Sequence record: MT496969.1
Strand: one strand, 5' to 3'
Source: Escherichia phage Mt1B1_P3
DNA length: 40,313 nucleotides
Notes under the pieces: generated by a model
What the model was told of the DNA's origin: nothing
Database searches by the model: none
What the model saw: only the letters and a program-made list of their open reading frames with translations
Position numbers and translations under genes: made by a program
In this document: positions 10,001-18,937 of the stretch, piece after piece
Layout of the letters: each line of letters begins with the position of its first letter
How positions within the stretch are numbered: the first letter of the stretch is position 1

Positions 10001-10924
10001 AGCTGCTAGCTGAGCACCAGTCCCAGCCTTGGCCTTCTCTTGGTCCAACTTCTGGTTCTCAAGCGCCAAGTTAATAAGCTCAGTCAGGTTCTGAGGAGAG
10101 CCACCCGTAATGACACCGTAATACTGAGGGAGAACTCCAGCGTTACGAATCTGGTCCAGCTCCTCACGAGACCACTTATGGTTGTTCCAGCGGGTAGGGT
10201 TGAACACATCGCCAATGACATCAAGTGAGTCCTCGGTCTGACCAGCGCGGATAGCCACGCCGACCATAGAGTTCTTCACTTCAGCTTCTGTAGCCGCGCC
10301 GAAACCGAACCACGTAGAGCGATCCTCTCGTTCCTGCATGGTCTCGCCAGTAGACTTATAGAACATCTCACCGAACGATTCGTTGGGAGCTTCAGGTGCT
10401 TGACCCTCAATGTTTAGACCAGCAGCGGTCGGAAGGTTCTCACCCAGAGCTACTTTAGGTTTAGCCTTGAGTCCTTCCGTGAGTGCGTCAAATACGTTAG
10501 CGCTTACTGGTGGAGTCTTTGGGCTAATGCCGTTAAGTGCTCTTTCGACTCCCTTCTGATAGACTTCAGGATTGTACCGGGAGCCTGTCTCATGGAAGCT
10601 AATAGCTTGCGCCAGAGCAGACAGGGTGTCAGGGTTCGATAGGTCGAGACTCTGGGTAGCTGGAATACCAGTTGCAGCCACCACTGAGTCAATATAAGCC
10701 TTAGTGTCATTCTCGTTAGGAGGCGCCCATCTGTTGATAATCTTCTCGATGGAGTCATAACCTTGGCGACCGTAGGACAGCAGGTTTTTACCTAAAGCTC
10801 GGACGCCAGACTCTGGACTATCGAAGGTGACGAAGGCGCCATCATCTCCAGTCATTCCTTCCCATTGGTCCTTACTTACCCGTATATTACCAGGATTGTT
10901 ATTGCGAATACCACGAGTCGCCAT
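7037..10924 (-). CDS. 16: Internal virion protein D (gp16) with N-terminal lytic transglycosylase-like domain
   Basis: 1295 aa, size and position of T7 gp16 (1318 aa); N-terminal region typical of gp16 muralytic domain. Confidence 0.92.
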   Translation of the reverse strand: MATRGIRNNNPGNIRVSKDQWEGMTGDDGAFVTFDSPESGVRALGKNLLSYGRQGYDSIEKIINRWAPPNENDTKAYIDSVVAATGIPATQSLDLSNPDTLSALAQAISFHETGSRYNPEVYQKGVERALNGISPKTPPVSANVFDALTEGLKAKPKVALGENLPTAAGLNIEGQAPEAPNESFGEMFYKSTGETMQEREDRSTWFGFGAATEAEVKNSMVGVAIRAGQTEDSLDVIGDVFNPTRWNNHKWSREELDQIRNAGVLPQYYGVITGGSPQNLTELINLALENQKLDQEKAKAGTGAQLAAGVIGAGVDPLTYVPIAGQVGKGAKLVNKMFTVAAQSGALAGVSEMARTSVAGGDAHVAEAILGGALFGGGMTAIADGLGRALGRNTNEFAGPATRLEARETARNVDGQDLSRLPIQEGEQTFSHQGVKFADVPNEPGSVRLEDGSILIGENPLNPKTRQVFDEVIEPERAAAGVNLGGLTEIGLKLLRSDNPEIRGVAADLVRSPTGMQSGASGKIGTTASDVFERLRAVDHRFYNDIDDAVTEALKDPYFQTAFWRDSGAFRQDIYQRVSMAIEDGSGNLKAELTPGELKVYDLLKNQFDAKREMMENPAMFGRSDAQSIFPGSRFKGTYVPHVYSKQMKELYTKELGSPEALQEAIKKSWLTSYASRPEVKKRVDEALLESDPTLTPEGLAAAVDKYANDKAYGISHTEQFERSSVMEENINGLVGLENNSFLEARNLFDSDMSIVLPNGQTFSVNNLREWDMDKIVPAYNRRVNGDIAIMAGTGKTTKEMKDLVETMMNKAGDDGKLKGEVSTLRDTLKILTGRSRRDGADDAAFAAVMRTMTDLSFFAKNAYMGVQNLTEIGGMLARGNVRAMLHGVPIFRDLAFRNKKVGASEIKDLHNVIFGKELDDSIRPSKQDVIDRLRSYSDLGRGAATALGTAKYYTGELAVRSPFTKVLNGTTNYLLDAGRQGFLSDIVEHSLTGSKRKFDDRWLKTAGISDEQWKGIKSLIRESVTRGPDGKYTIKDKKAFSQDPRAMDLWRMGDTIADETLLRPHKLSNMDAKAYGPLAKTVLQFKNFVIKSINGRTMRTFYNATKNNRAMDAALSTVMSMGLAGIYYMAQAHVKAYAMQDGRDRDYLKQALDPTMIGYAALSRSSHLGGPLGVANILGGIAGYEDTKMLRSSILPRSPTEKPERAIAYGAATSGPVMNVVGNFLEQVPAFGYAANVGASAYNLAGYLKADTRVNERDYMTGMYNTFRELVPNDPITQKLLLGTFEEQGIHIKD

Positions 10925-10928
10925 TATG

Positions 10929-13211
10929 TTACTCCTTACCGATTAGTACGTTTGCGATACCCTCCAATGAGACGTCATTGTACATCCCTCCGCGCTTCTC
11001 GATGTTGGCCTCTCGGTCAGCTCGACGTTTGTCACCGGCAGCTTTGGTCCCGACGATACGCGCTCGCTTGTTAGCGTCACGTTCTGCCTGAGCGTATGCG
11101 GCATCTTGTGCCTTCTGCTGTTGTTCGCGGTAGAGTTTACCTACAAGTTCTTTATCGTAGCGAATACGAATAGTACCTGTAGCGTCTTGGAGGAAGATAG
11201 AGCCATTCTGTTCAACAACGGACAACTGAGAGTTCACTACCCAAGGGTTGGCATTAATGAGCTGCTTACGAGCGGTGTCGATAATGTCTCGACCAGCCTG
11301 CCACGACTCTGGGTTATCCCCTACCATAAGCTGGTGCTTTGACACCATGCCGATGGACTTACCGTCAGAACCTTCAGACTGGAACGTTACGGTGTTCTCA
11401 TTCAGCCAGCGTTGAGTCTGCTGCGTTGCAGCGTCAGCGTTACCTGTACGATAGTACCATGAGTCCCAGACCTTACGAGCACTTGAGTCCAGAGACGTTG
11501 GGAGGCGAGACAACTGGGTGTTCTTGGAGTCGTTCTTCAACTCCTGCCACGCCTTGTCTGACTCCATGCGCATCTCACGGCTTTGACTTGCAGCTTGCTT
11601 ATCAGCTTCAATCATCGTCTGAGGGTCCAGACCCATCTTGTCCATCTGGTCGAACGTAGAGAACAACTGAGCTTGGTCAGGATACAGAGCAGCGAAACTT
11701 GAAGGGTCCTGAGTGTAGGCACGACGAAGAGACTCGAAGCGTTGCATCTTGTCTGGGTCGTACTGTCCACGGATGACAGCAGCTTGCCACTCACCAGCAG
11801 CGTCCTGAGTAAGAGTCTGGAAGGCATTACGGAACGGACCGTTGTTAGTGTCAGCTCTTAACAATGCCACCTTCTGGGCGTCCTTAGCAGCCTCAGGGAT
11901 GTCCATCTGGTCAATCTGCTGTAGCTTAGAAGACGCATAGTTGTTCATGTCTGAACGCTTGAACTCTCCTGTGGCTTCAGAGACCGGAAGGTCCTCATAG
12001 TTGGTGGACACGTTGTCTCCAGCCAGACGTCGCTGATAAACTTGGTCAATGACAAGTTGCTTGTTCTGGGTCTGGATTAACTTCGTGTTCTCCTTCGCCT
12101 GTTCAGCAGACTTACGCTTTACCGCTTCCAGTAAGCTGGCTTCGGCATTAATAAGCATCTGACGCTGAGGTGTGAGTTCTTCACCCGGTTGAAGCAGGTT
12201 GTTCTGCTCCTTGAGTTTCTGAATCTGGGCAAGACCGATGGTTGGGTCGTCCTGAAGAATCGCAGACTGAACGCCTAACGCTAAGTCTTCCTGATACTTA
12301 GCCACCAGCTTGTACTCAGTTCCTTGTGCCTCAACAATAGCAGCGTTGAAGACATCAGGTCCTACAATCTCTTCGACTGTAGCATCCACACCGTTAAGTG
12401 TGATTCGCTCGCCTCGTACTTGCTGTAGGAAGTTTGAGCCGCCTGACTTCTGGATTGCGTCACGTACAGTCTGGGTAATGACCTCACGCGCTCGCTGGTC
12501 CGAGGGGATAGCAGCAGTAGTCAGTCCGTCACGAAGGTAGGTCATGAATGTCTTGCCAGACTCAGGTGAACGCATCAGGTCGCCATCGTTCAGGAATGAG
12601 TTCATCTCAATACGGGTGTTCAACATTGCTGTCTCTTCAGACTGCTTGCTGAAATACTTATTGAAAGACCCATAGATAGCTATGTTGCGGTCTGTGATGT
12701 TATCGTTGAACCCACGCTGGAAGAACTCGTCTGTAGGGTTAATACCCGCCTCTTCAGCATAGGACTTAGCGGCGTCCTGAAGTCGCTGGTGGCGATACTC
12801 TTCCATGTCCTGACGTGTACGGAACTCACCGTTCTGAATCTTAACGTTAATCTCGTCGTCTACAGCAAAGGCAGCATTACGACCAGTCTTGACTCGAAGT
12901 GCTTCCATAGCGTAAGGGTCATCCTGATACAGCAATGTGCCGTTCTGGATAGCCTCACGTCTTTGCTGAGGTGTCAGTTTACGGATAATCTCGTTAGACC
13001 GCTCGTCAGCTCTGGTCTTCTCCTCGTCCTTGAACTGCTTGTACAATCCAGTCCCAGACTCAACGAAGTTGGTCAACGCACGAGCCAGACCGGAGTCACC
13101 AGTTGGAGCCTGAACGCTGGCTGCTTGATAGTTGACGGCGATAGTTTTACCAGGCGCTCTGCCACGACCCATAGTCCGATTAGCCAGAGCTGATTCAATA
13201 TTACTAGCCAT
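10929..13211 (-). CDS. 15: Internal virion protein C (gp15)
   Basis: 760 aa vs T7 gp15 747 aa; position between gp14 and gp16; GGAGG RBS. Confidence 0.88.
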   Translation of the reverse strand: MASNIESALANRTMGRGRAPGKTIAVNYQAASVQAPTGDSGLARALTNFVESGTGLYKQFKDEEKTRADERSNEIIRKLTPQQRREAIQNGTLLYQDDPYAMEALRVKTGRNAAFAVDDEINVKIQNGEFRTRQDMEEYRHQRLQDAAKSYAEEAGINPTDEFFQRGFNDNITDRNIAIYGSFNKYFSKQSEETAMLNTRIEMNSFLNDGDLMRSPESGKTFMTYLRDGLTTAAIPSDQRAREVITQTVRDAIQKSGGSNFLQQVRGERITLNGVDATVEEIVGPDVFNAAIVEAQGTEYKLVAKYQEDLALGVQSAILQDDPTIGLAQIQKLKEQNNLLQPGEELTPQRQMLINAEASLLEAVKRKSAEQAKENTKLIQTQNKQLVIDQVYQRRLAGDNVSTNYEDLPVSEATGEFKRSDMNNYASSKLQQIDQMDIPEAAKDAQKVALLRADTNNGPFRNAFQTLTQDAAGEWQAAVIRGQYDPDKMQRFESLRRAYTQDPSSFAALYPDQAQLFSTFDQMDKMGLDPQTMIEADKQAASQSREMRMESDKAWQELKNDSKNTQLSRLPTSLDSSARKVWDSWYYRTGNADAATQQTQRWLNENTVTFQSEGSDGKSIGMVSKHQLMVGDNPESWQAGRDIIDTARKQLINANPWVVNSQLSVVEQNGSIFLQDATGTIRIRYDKELVGKLYREQQQKAQDAAYAQAERDANKRARIVGTKAAGDKRRADREANIEKRGGMYNDVSLEGIANVLIGKE

Positions 13212-13222
13212 TAGTCCTCCTC

Positions 13223-13810
13223 TTAGCTATGACCTGTAGGTGTGCCTTTAGCAGCACTAATTGGTGCAGCACCACCAGAGCTGGACGCTCCAGAGATTGC
13301 CTTACCAGCGGCGTAACCTTGCATCCCGGCGTTAGCAACATTAAGTGCATGAGCCAGTGGGCTGGTCTTGATGATTTTACCTTGACCACGGATAGCAGAC
13401 TTGGTGTTCTCAATGTTGGCGATACGGTTCCCGAAGATAGCCGCATAGTCGCGGTTGTAACTTTCGGTAATCCCTGCTCGCTCCTTGACTGTATCTCCTG
13501 CGACCTGACGTTCAATCCTGTCCATAGAGTTACCTTCCAGACCGGACTCAGCTACCGCAGCTCTGACCATACCCTGATTGCGGATACCGTTGAGCGTGGT
13601 CTCTGTCAGTTCAGCCATCTGCTGCTCCTTCAGGTCTCGCTCCTGCATCTTCAGGTTGGCGTCAGAGTAGTTCATCTGCTTAACCATTTCCTGAGACTGT
13701 CGGTTCTGAGCGTCAATTGCTGCACCTTCAGCCTTGGCCTGTTGGGATGCGGACATAGTGGCGCCAGCTACAGACATGATACCTAGACCGATACTTACTG
13801 GCTCGCACAT
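13223..13810 (-). CDS. 14: Internal virion protein B (gp14)
   Basis: 195 aa vs T7 gp14 196 aa; position; AGGAGG RBS. Confidence 0.85.
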   Translation of the reverse strand: MCEPVSIGLGIMSVAGATMSASQQAKAEGAAIDAQNRQSQEMVKQMNYSDANLKMQERDLKEQQMAELTETTLNGIRNQGMVRAAVAESGLEGNSMDRIERQVAGDTVKERAGITESYNRDYAAIFGNRIANIENTKSAIRGQGKIIKTSPLAHALNVANAGMQGYAAGKAISGASSSGGAAPISAAKGTPTGHS

Positions 13811-14265
13811 ACGTCCTCCTTAGAGATAGTGAATAGTTGAAAACGCTCACCAGTTACTGGGCTTACAGTCCAATCATCATGGAATTTAGCCCCAAGCAAC
13901 TTCAAGAATTTAATGTGAGACTTATTGCCTGACCACACGTAGTTCCAGATGGTCCCGTATTGGTCTAACATTAAGTCCCTGTACTCAGAGATACGCTTTA
14001 TGAACTCCCGCTTCTCTTTAGGTCTCAGCTTATAGACAAGACCAGAAGTCAAGAACCATACGTTATCCCCTTGGTTTCCACCATAAGCAAACACTTCGCC
14101 TACACCGTTCGTTAAAACCACAGATGATGGAGATAGGTGCTTAAGCAGTCTTTCAGAGAGACCAACGGTTGACCCATAGTTTGCTTTGCACTCATTAACA
14201 TCATCTGCTGAAAGATGCCACAGAAAGTAGTGGACATCTGGTTCCGTAGCCTTGCGAATATACAT
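13795..14265 (-). CDS. 13: Internal virion protein A (gp13)
   Basis: 156 aa; position downstream of phi13 promoter; GGAG RBS. Confidence 0.75.
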   Translation of the reverse strand: MYIRKATEPDVHYFLWHLSADDVNECKANYGSTVGLSERLLKHLSPSSVVLTNGVGEVFAYGGNQGDNVWFLTSGLVYKLRPKEKREFIKRISEYRDLMLDQYGTIWNYVWSGNKSHIKFLKLLGAKFHDDWTVSPVTGERFQLFTISKEDVCASQ

Positions 14266-14294
14266 AAAGTCTCCTTATAACCTTAAGGGCCTAT

Positions 14295-14317
14295 AGTCCC
14301 TATAGTGATAGTTAAGG
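14295..14317 (-). promoter_or_regulatory. Phage RNAP promoter phi13, TSS about 14300
   Basis: Minus strand CCTTAACTATCACTATAGGGACT; embedded between 12-bp perfect inverted repeats (14285-14296 / 14323-14334). Confidence 0.65.
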
Positions 14318-14341
14318 TAAATCTATAGGCCCTTCAATAAG

Positions 14342-16699
14342 TTAGACGGAACGAGCTTTCTTAGCGTATGACGCCTCCCAGCCACATCCAACGATTGACA
14401 CTGGGGTAGGATAGTCGGACTCTAAGGTTAGACTCGTGGTTAATGCGTTACCATTCATAGCGAAGCGATACTGCCCGTCACCAATGTTAGTAGTCCCTAT
14501 GGTCTGCTGACCAAGTGTGTACCCATTAAAGGTGTTAACGAACTCTCGCTCACCGTTTCTGACAATGAGTCTCAGAGCGCCAGTGTCCTTGTAGTTGACC
14601 CAAGCCCGACGAAGCTGTAGACGACCAGTGTCTTCAGACTGAGTGCCACTATCATCTTCAATCTTAATCAGGAACCGTGAGAACTTGTAGGACATCAGAT
14701 AGGGCCGCCCGATGAACACTGTACGTCCTGACCAATCGCCGTTGAGGGTAATCACAGTAGAGATACTGGTCAAGTCCCCAAGGTCCAAATAAGCACCCTG
14801 ACTGTCAATCAGATAGTACCGACCGGGAGACGGAGCATTACCACCATAAGCAGCACCAATGTCAACCGTAGTCTTATATGTGTCAGCATTAAACGAGCCA
14901 ATTGGGATGACCATAGACACCTTGGAGTCAACGTGGAGTCTATACGGCTCTGATGGAAAGTCAGTTGCCTCCTTGATGAACTTAAGGTGCTCAAGGTCCA
15001 CGCCGCCTTGGTGCTGACGAACAATGAACATGGTAGAGCCAATCGACGCAGACGCCAGAATCTTATCAGCTTTAGGGAACTCCCAGTGAGACCAAGAGGC
15101 TTGAAGCTGTACGCCGTCCTTAAACAAGAACTTGTAGAGGTAGATTCGGTTGTATGCACCTGTAGAGTTGACGCAGATGTAGTTCTCAGTCCCTGTTCCC
15201 TGAATGTCAAACACCCCGTTAGGGATATAGGATAGTACGTGACCAGTGGTATCATCGGCATCCTTCACGTCAGACACATCTGCTACAGCGAAGTATCGCT
15301 TAATGCTGGTGAATGACCCACGAGGCGCTGAGAAGAAGACTGAGCGTCCTACAGCGAACGGTCTGGCATTATCTCCTAAGGCAAACTCTGAGCCTACATC
15401 AAGCTGGATAGACTTCGAGGTAAGGACCCCTGAGCTTGTCATCACGAACTGCACTTCATCTGACCAAAGTAGTAGCTGCTCGCTAAACGGAACGGCATAC
15501 TTAAGGATTGAGATTCTAGGGTGACTTACAGCTACATCAATAGGGTCATCATCACTCAGTGTCGCCACACTCTTAGGGAAGAACGCAAAGTAGCTTGCTG
15601 AACGGCTCATGATTACGTTCTCGCCTGACAAGAACCCTAGCCTGTTCCTGTAGAAGAACACATCGTTAATCGTAGCATCCACGAAGCTAGGCATAGGGCT
15701 TGTGTCATCATTACCAGCACCACGCTTAGACCAGTCCAGAGCCTTGAACTCAAAGGAGCCATCAGATTGTCGTACCAGAGCGTGTGGCATTGTGGTGTTA
15801 TCGAACCCAGTGACAACTCCCGGCTCCACTGTCTCCTTCCACGTCTTAGTGTTGGAGTCATACATCACGTAGTATTCATCGGCGCTACTGTTTGTCTCAC
15901 CTTGAATCTTAATGATATACCCATTAGGAGCGGCAAGAGGTAGTTTAGAGATTGTCTGCACAGTGTCTAGGACTGGGCTTATTAGCTGGTTAGCGTAGCC
16001 ATCCTCCGTCTCCACTGAGTTAATATCGGTCCCTGAAGGAGCTGTGATTAGCAGGAATCCAGACCCAAGGTCAAACGTGAAGGTAGGGTAGGCAGTAACA
16101 AGAAGGTCTCTCAGAGCTGCACCAATGGCTTGAGCGTCCACCTTAGGCGGGTCATTCTCGGCATCATTACCTGCTGGTAGCTTATGCGAGACCTTAACGC
16201 CACCGTTGATTCCCACCTTAAGGGTTCGACCATACTGTCCACCACGTAGGTTAATTAAAGCTCGTGCTTTGCGGTTATAACCAGAGTGTGACTTCTCGCT
16301 TCCACCTTTGACGACAACCTTACGGTTAACGACGAACGTATAGTCTGCCACGGTAACGACACGGATGTCATCTCGTGGGTTGGAGGACTTAACGTAGTCT
16401 ACCGAACCTGACACTGCGTATTGATTACCACTCAAGTCAACTACCTGAATGTTTGACCCATTGAACACGATGTAATACTGCTCCTGCTCATCACGGTTAA
16501 TCAGGTGGAACTTAGGGTTGCTTCCAACGTCGATGTTAAGACGTCGCTTGAAGACTGTAGGTGGGCGCTTCTGGAGGCCATCACTCTCGGATGACCAGCA
16601 GTTAACTTGTGCTTCGCCTTGGTCTGAGAACCTCAGTATGTCTGGCTGCTGGCTAATACCACCTTTAAGGTTCTTGATTGATTGAGTAATTAGTGGCAT
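14342..16699 (-). CDS. 12: Tail tubular protein B (gp12)
   Basis: 785 aa vs T7 gp12 794 aa; AAGGAGGG RBS. Confidence 0.93.
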   Translation of the reverse strand: MPLITQSIKNLKGGISQQPDILRFSDQGEAQVNCWSSESDGLQKRPPTVFKRRLNIDVGSNPKFHLINRDEQEQYYIVFNGSNIQVVDLSGNQYAVSGSVDYVKSSNPRDDIRVVTVADYTFVVNRKVVVKGGSEKSHSGYNRKARALINLRGGQYGRTLKVGINGGVKVSHKLPAGNDAENDPPKVDAQAIGAALRDLLVTAYPTFTFDLGSGFLLITAPSGTDINSVETEDGYANQLISPVLDTVQTISKLPLAAPNGYIIKIQGETNSSADEYYVMYDSNTKTWKETVEPGVVTGFDNTTMPHALVRQSDGSFEFKALDWSKRGAGNDDTSPMPSFVDATINDVFFYRNRLGFLSGENVIMSRSASYFAFFPKSVATLSDDDPIDVAVSHPRISILKYAVPFSEQLLLWSDEVQFVMTSSGVLTSKSIQLDVGSEFALGDNARPFAVGRSVFFSAPRGSFTSIKRYFAVADVSDVKDADDTTGHVLSYIPNGVFDIQGTGTENYICVNSTGAYNRIYLYKFLFKDGVQLQASWSHWEFPKADKILASASIGSTMFIVRQHQGGVDLEHLKFIKEATDFPSEPYRLHVDSKVSMVIPIGSFNADTYKTTVDIGAAYGGNAPSPGRYYLIDSQGAYLDLGDLTSISTVITLNGDWSGRTVFIGRPYLMSYKFSRFLIKIEDDSGTQSEDTGRLQLRRAWVNYKDTGALRLIVRNGEREFVNTFNGYTLGQQTIGTTNIGDGQYRFAMNGNALTTSLTLESDYPTPVSIVGCGWEASYAKKARSV

Positions 16700-16708
16700 A
16701 GGCCCTCC

Positions 16709-16936
16709 TTAAATCATACTCATTAGGACGTATCCCTCAGCGATGTCACCAACGTCAGCAATGTGGACAACCTTACGTGCTACCTGTTGTCCAGTATACC
16801 CGTTGTCCCACTCATTCAGGATAAGCCAATCGCCAACCTTAAAGTCCCGGTCGTTAAGTCTCAGCTCTGCTGTCTTTAGACCTAGTTGTACCGGACCAAA
16901 GTGCTGGCGGTGAATCTTCAGGTTGTGACTAGCCAT
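16709..16936 (-). CDS. Small ASCH/PUA-like (DUF3850-like) protein inserted between tail tubular genes
   Basis: 75 aa MASHNLKIHRQHFGPVQLGLKTAELRLNDRDFKVGDWLILNEW...: HxLKIxxxxFxxVxxGxKTxExRxNDRDxxVGDxLxLxEW pattern typical of DUF3850. ATG overlaps gp11 stop (TAATG), GGAGGG RBS. No T7 counterpart at this position. Confidence 0.75.
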   Translation of the reverse strand: MASHNLKIHRQHFGPVQLGLKTAELRLNDRDFKVGDWLILNEWDNGYTGQQVARKVVHIADVGDIAEGYVLMSMI

Positions 16937-17502
16937 TAGTCCCTCCCGATGTCAGACATCATGTTGTAGCGACCAGTGTCCATCTCGTACTCCATAACCT
17001 GCTGATAGAGTTCTGCTTCCTGCTCACGAAGGTATAGCTCTGACTCTGGGCTACCGAAGAACTTAGCGTTGAACTCACGGCTAGCTTTAGTGACGATGTA
17101 GTCCCTGAAGACCACAGGCATCTCGGAGAATGGCTTCATCTCCACAAGCTCTACCGTGATGGGGTCGGTGAAAGTGGTTGACTGAGTGGATAGGTCGTAC
17201 AGGTATCCACCCATGTTGCTGTAGTAGCTGGTGGCCCCAGCGGTCATTACGCGAAGGTATGACGGCAAGAATCGAATCCTATTGTCTTGGACATCAGGTG
17301 TCAGGACAGCAGCTTCATTGATATTAAAGTTCCAGCCTTTAGCTTGGACCTGACGATTGACACGATGCAGGATACGTTGAGCGTTCGAGACGTCAGCGTT
17401 CCCCTCGTCAAGCTGTAGGACTGCTGGTTCACCGATAGCAGCTAACATATCGTTGATGGCGTCTAAGTCATCGTTAGCATTCAGTGGAATGTATTGAGCC
17501 AT
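16936..17502 (-). CDS. 11: Tail tubular protein A (gp11)
   Basis: 188 aa; aligns with T7 gp11 (DAINDMLAAIGEP..., NAQRILHRVNRQVQAKGWNFN). Confidence 0.93.
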   Translation of the reverse strand: MAQYIPLNANDDLDAINDMLAAIGEPAVLQLDEGNADVSNAQRILHRVNRQVQAKGWNFNINEAAVLTPDVQDNRIRFLPSYLRVMTAGATSYYSNMGGYLYDLSTQSTTFTDPITVELVEMKPFSEMPVVFRDYIVTKASREFNAKFFGSPESELYLREQEAELYQQVMEYEMDTGRYNMMSDIGRD

Positions 17503-17618
17503 AGGTTTACTCCTTAACGGTCATAGGCGCTAGACGGTGAGCTGGACAGCAGGTACGCCCAGAATAAGACGAATAGTGCTAACCCTGTGTAAATAAGGAC
17601 CATAGTACCTCCTTAAGC

Positions 17619-17654
17619 AAAAAACCCCTCAAGCACCCGAAGGCACCCAAGGGG
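17619..17654 (-). terminator. Tphi-like terminator downstream of the capsid gene
   Basis: Minus RNA CCCCUUGGGUGCCUUCGGGUGCUUGAGGGG followed by UUUUUU; near-identical architecture to T7 Tphi (AACCCCTTGGGGCCTCTAAACGGGTCTTGAGGGGTTTTTTG). Confidence 0.8.
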
Positions 17655-17660
17655 TTTCAA

Positions 17661-18835
17661 TTAGTTGTTGGACTCAGCCAGTTTAGCGGCCCTGTTCGCA
17701 GCACGAGTACGCGCAGCTTTCTGTTGAGGAGTTAGAGTCTCCTCTTCAGGTGCAGCCGCTACTGTAGCGACGTTAGGTTGGCTAAAGGTGCTTACGCCGC
17801 TGGGCTGAAAACCAGTGCGCCAGCCGCTTCAGGACGCAGACCACCGTGACCCATAGCGTATTTACCAACAATCAGGTCGCCCTGAGCATCTACGTCACGG
17901 TCACGTTCCAGCGCCAAGTCACGCAGCTTCACAGTACCCACAGCAGAACGGTGAGAGAACAGACCAACAACGTTGTCCATAGCAACTTTAACGTCGCCAG
18001 TAGCAGTTGCCGGGAATGCGTGTTTCTGACCGGAAGCGATAGAGATGCCATCGTCACCACGAGTCTCACCAGCGCCACCCTGTACCAGATGCGGAACTTC
18101 AACAACAACGAAGCCCATCACGTTACGGATGTTACCAGTCTCTGGGTCAATCAGCGCAGCATAGTTAGCAGCGTTCGGCATCAGAGCCGCTAGGATTGCA
18201 GAGTAGTTGTCCGGCGTGGTGTAGAAGTAACGGTCGCCAGCAGGAACGTAGTTGGAGGTCAGCTTCGCACGAGCAATGGTCAGTTGACCAATGATTGCTT
18301 CACCCAGTTTAGCCGGGGTGTTGAGGTCAGCTTTCTTGCCAACTTCCAGTACTGACGCAGTGCCCAGACCCACGATGTTCTCGTTGGATGCAGCCGGTAG
18401 GTTACACAGGATCGCCATTTCAGCCAGCACCGCACCATCAGCAGCGATAGCCAGAGCTTCGCCCAACTGGTTGGAATACTCGCCAGCCACGTCGTAGTGG
18501 TTCATCGCGTCTTCAATGTCGAAAATCATCACATCGGCAGTCAGCAGACCATCAATGGTAATCACTTTCTCGGTATGTTTGATACCTTTACGCTTATCGG
18601 ACAGTCGCTCACCCGGAGCCAGATACACACCAGAGGTGCGACCCATGACCGGGAACTGAGCAGACTTACCGTTCTGAATGGTACGGACAATATGCTTGTC
18701 AGCAGTTACAGAGCGGCGAGTGAATGCGGTCAGGACTTCACCAGCAAATACCTTCAGGAACAACGCCAGAGCGTCTGAACTGGATTTGCCTTTACCTTGG
18801 TCTGTACCAATTTTCTGACCCGGAACGTTTGCCAT
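17661..18835 (-). CDS. 10B: Minor capsid protein 10B via -1 programmed frameshift near codon 343
   Basis: Slippery G GUU UUC (plus-strand 17807-17813) 4 codons before the 10A stop, as in T7; -1 frame stays open for about 47 codons (…QPSGVSTFSQPNVATVAAAPEEETLTPQQKAARTRAANRAAKLAESNN) and stops 7 nt before Tphi. Confidence 0.6.
17792..18835 (-). CDS. 10A: Major capsid protein 10A
   Basis: 347 aa, highly similar to T7 gp10A throughout (DKLALFLKVF-like N-terminus, ...AKYAMGHGGLRPEAAGA); GGAGA RBS as in T7. Confidence 0.97.
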   Translation of the reverse strand: MANVPGQKIGTDQGKGKSSSDALALFLKVFAGEVLTAFTRRSVTADKHIVRTIQNGKSAQFPVMGRTSGVYLAPGERLSDKRKGIKHTEKVITIDGLLTADVMIFDIEDAMNHYDVAGEYSNQLGEALAIAADGAVLAEMAILCNLPAASNENIVGLGTASVLEVGKKADLNTPAKLGEAIIGQLTIARAKLTSNYVPAGDRYFYTTPDNYSAILAALMPNAANYAALIDPETGNIRNVMGFVVVEVPHLVQGGAGETRGDDGISIASGQKHAFPATATGDVKVAMDNVVGLFSHRSAVGTVKLRDLALERDRDVDAQGDLIVGKYAMGHGGLRPEAAGALVFSPAA

Positions 18836-18937
18836 ATGATAATTCTCCTATTCAATTGAAAGATAAAGTTTATTACTTACTGTATGCCCAATCCGTATGG
18901 ACTGAAGTAATAGGGAAACCTTGAGTCTATCTCTTGG

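Noticed and set aside
14809-15261. Other nested alternate-frame minus-strand ORFs (also 951..1151, 1854..2036, 2211..2402, 6363..6620, 7567..7845, 7996..8220, 8521..8721, 10504..10758, 11612..11827, 13204..13515, 15637..15861, 22468..22707, 25719..25913, 30219..30434, 30579..30818, 32318..32500, 36953..37156)
   Set aside because: Embedded within large conserved genes in a different frame, without coupling signals or motifs.
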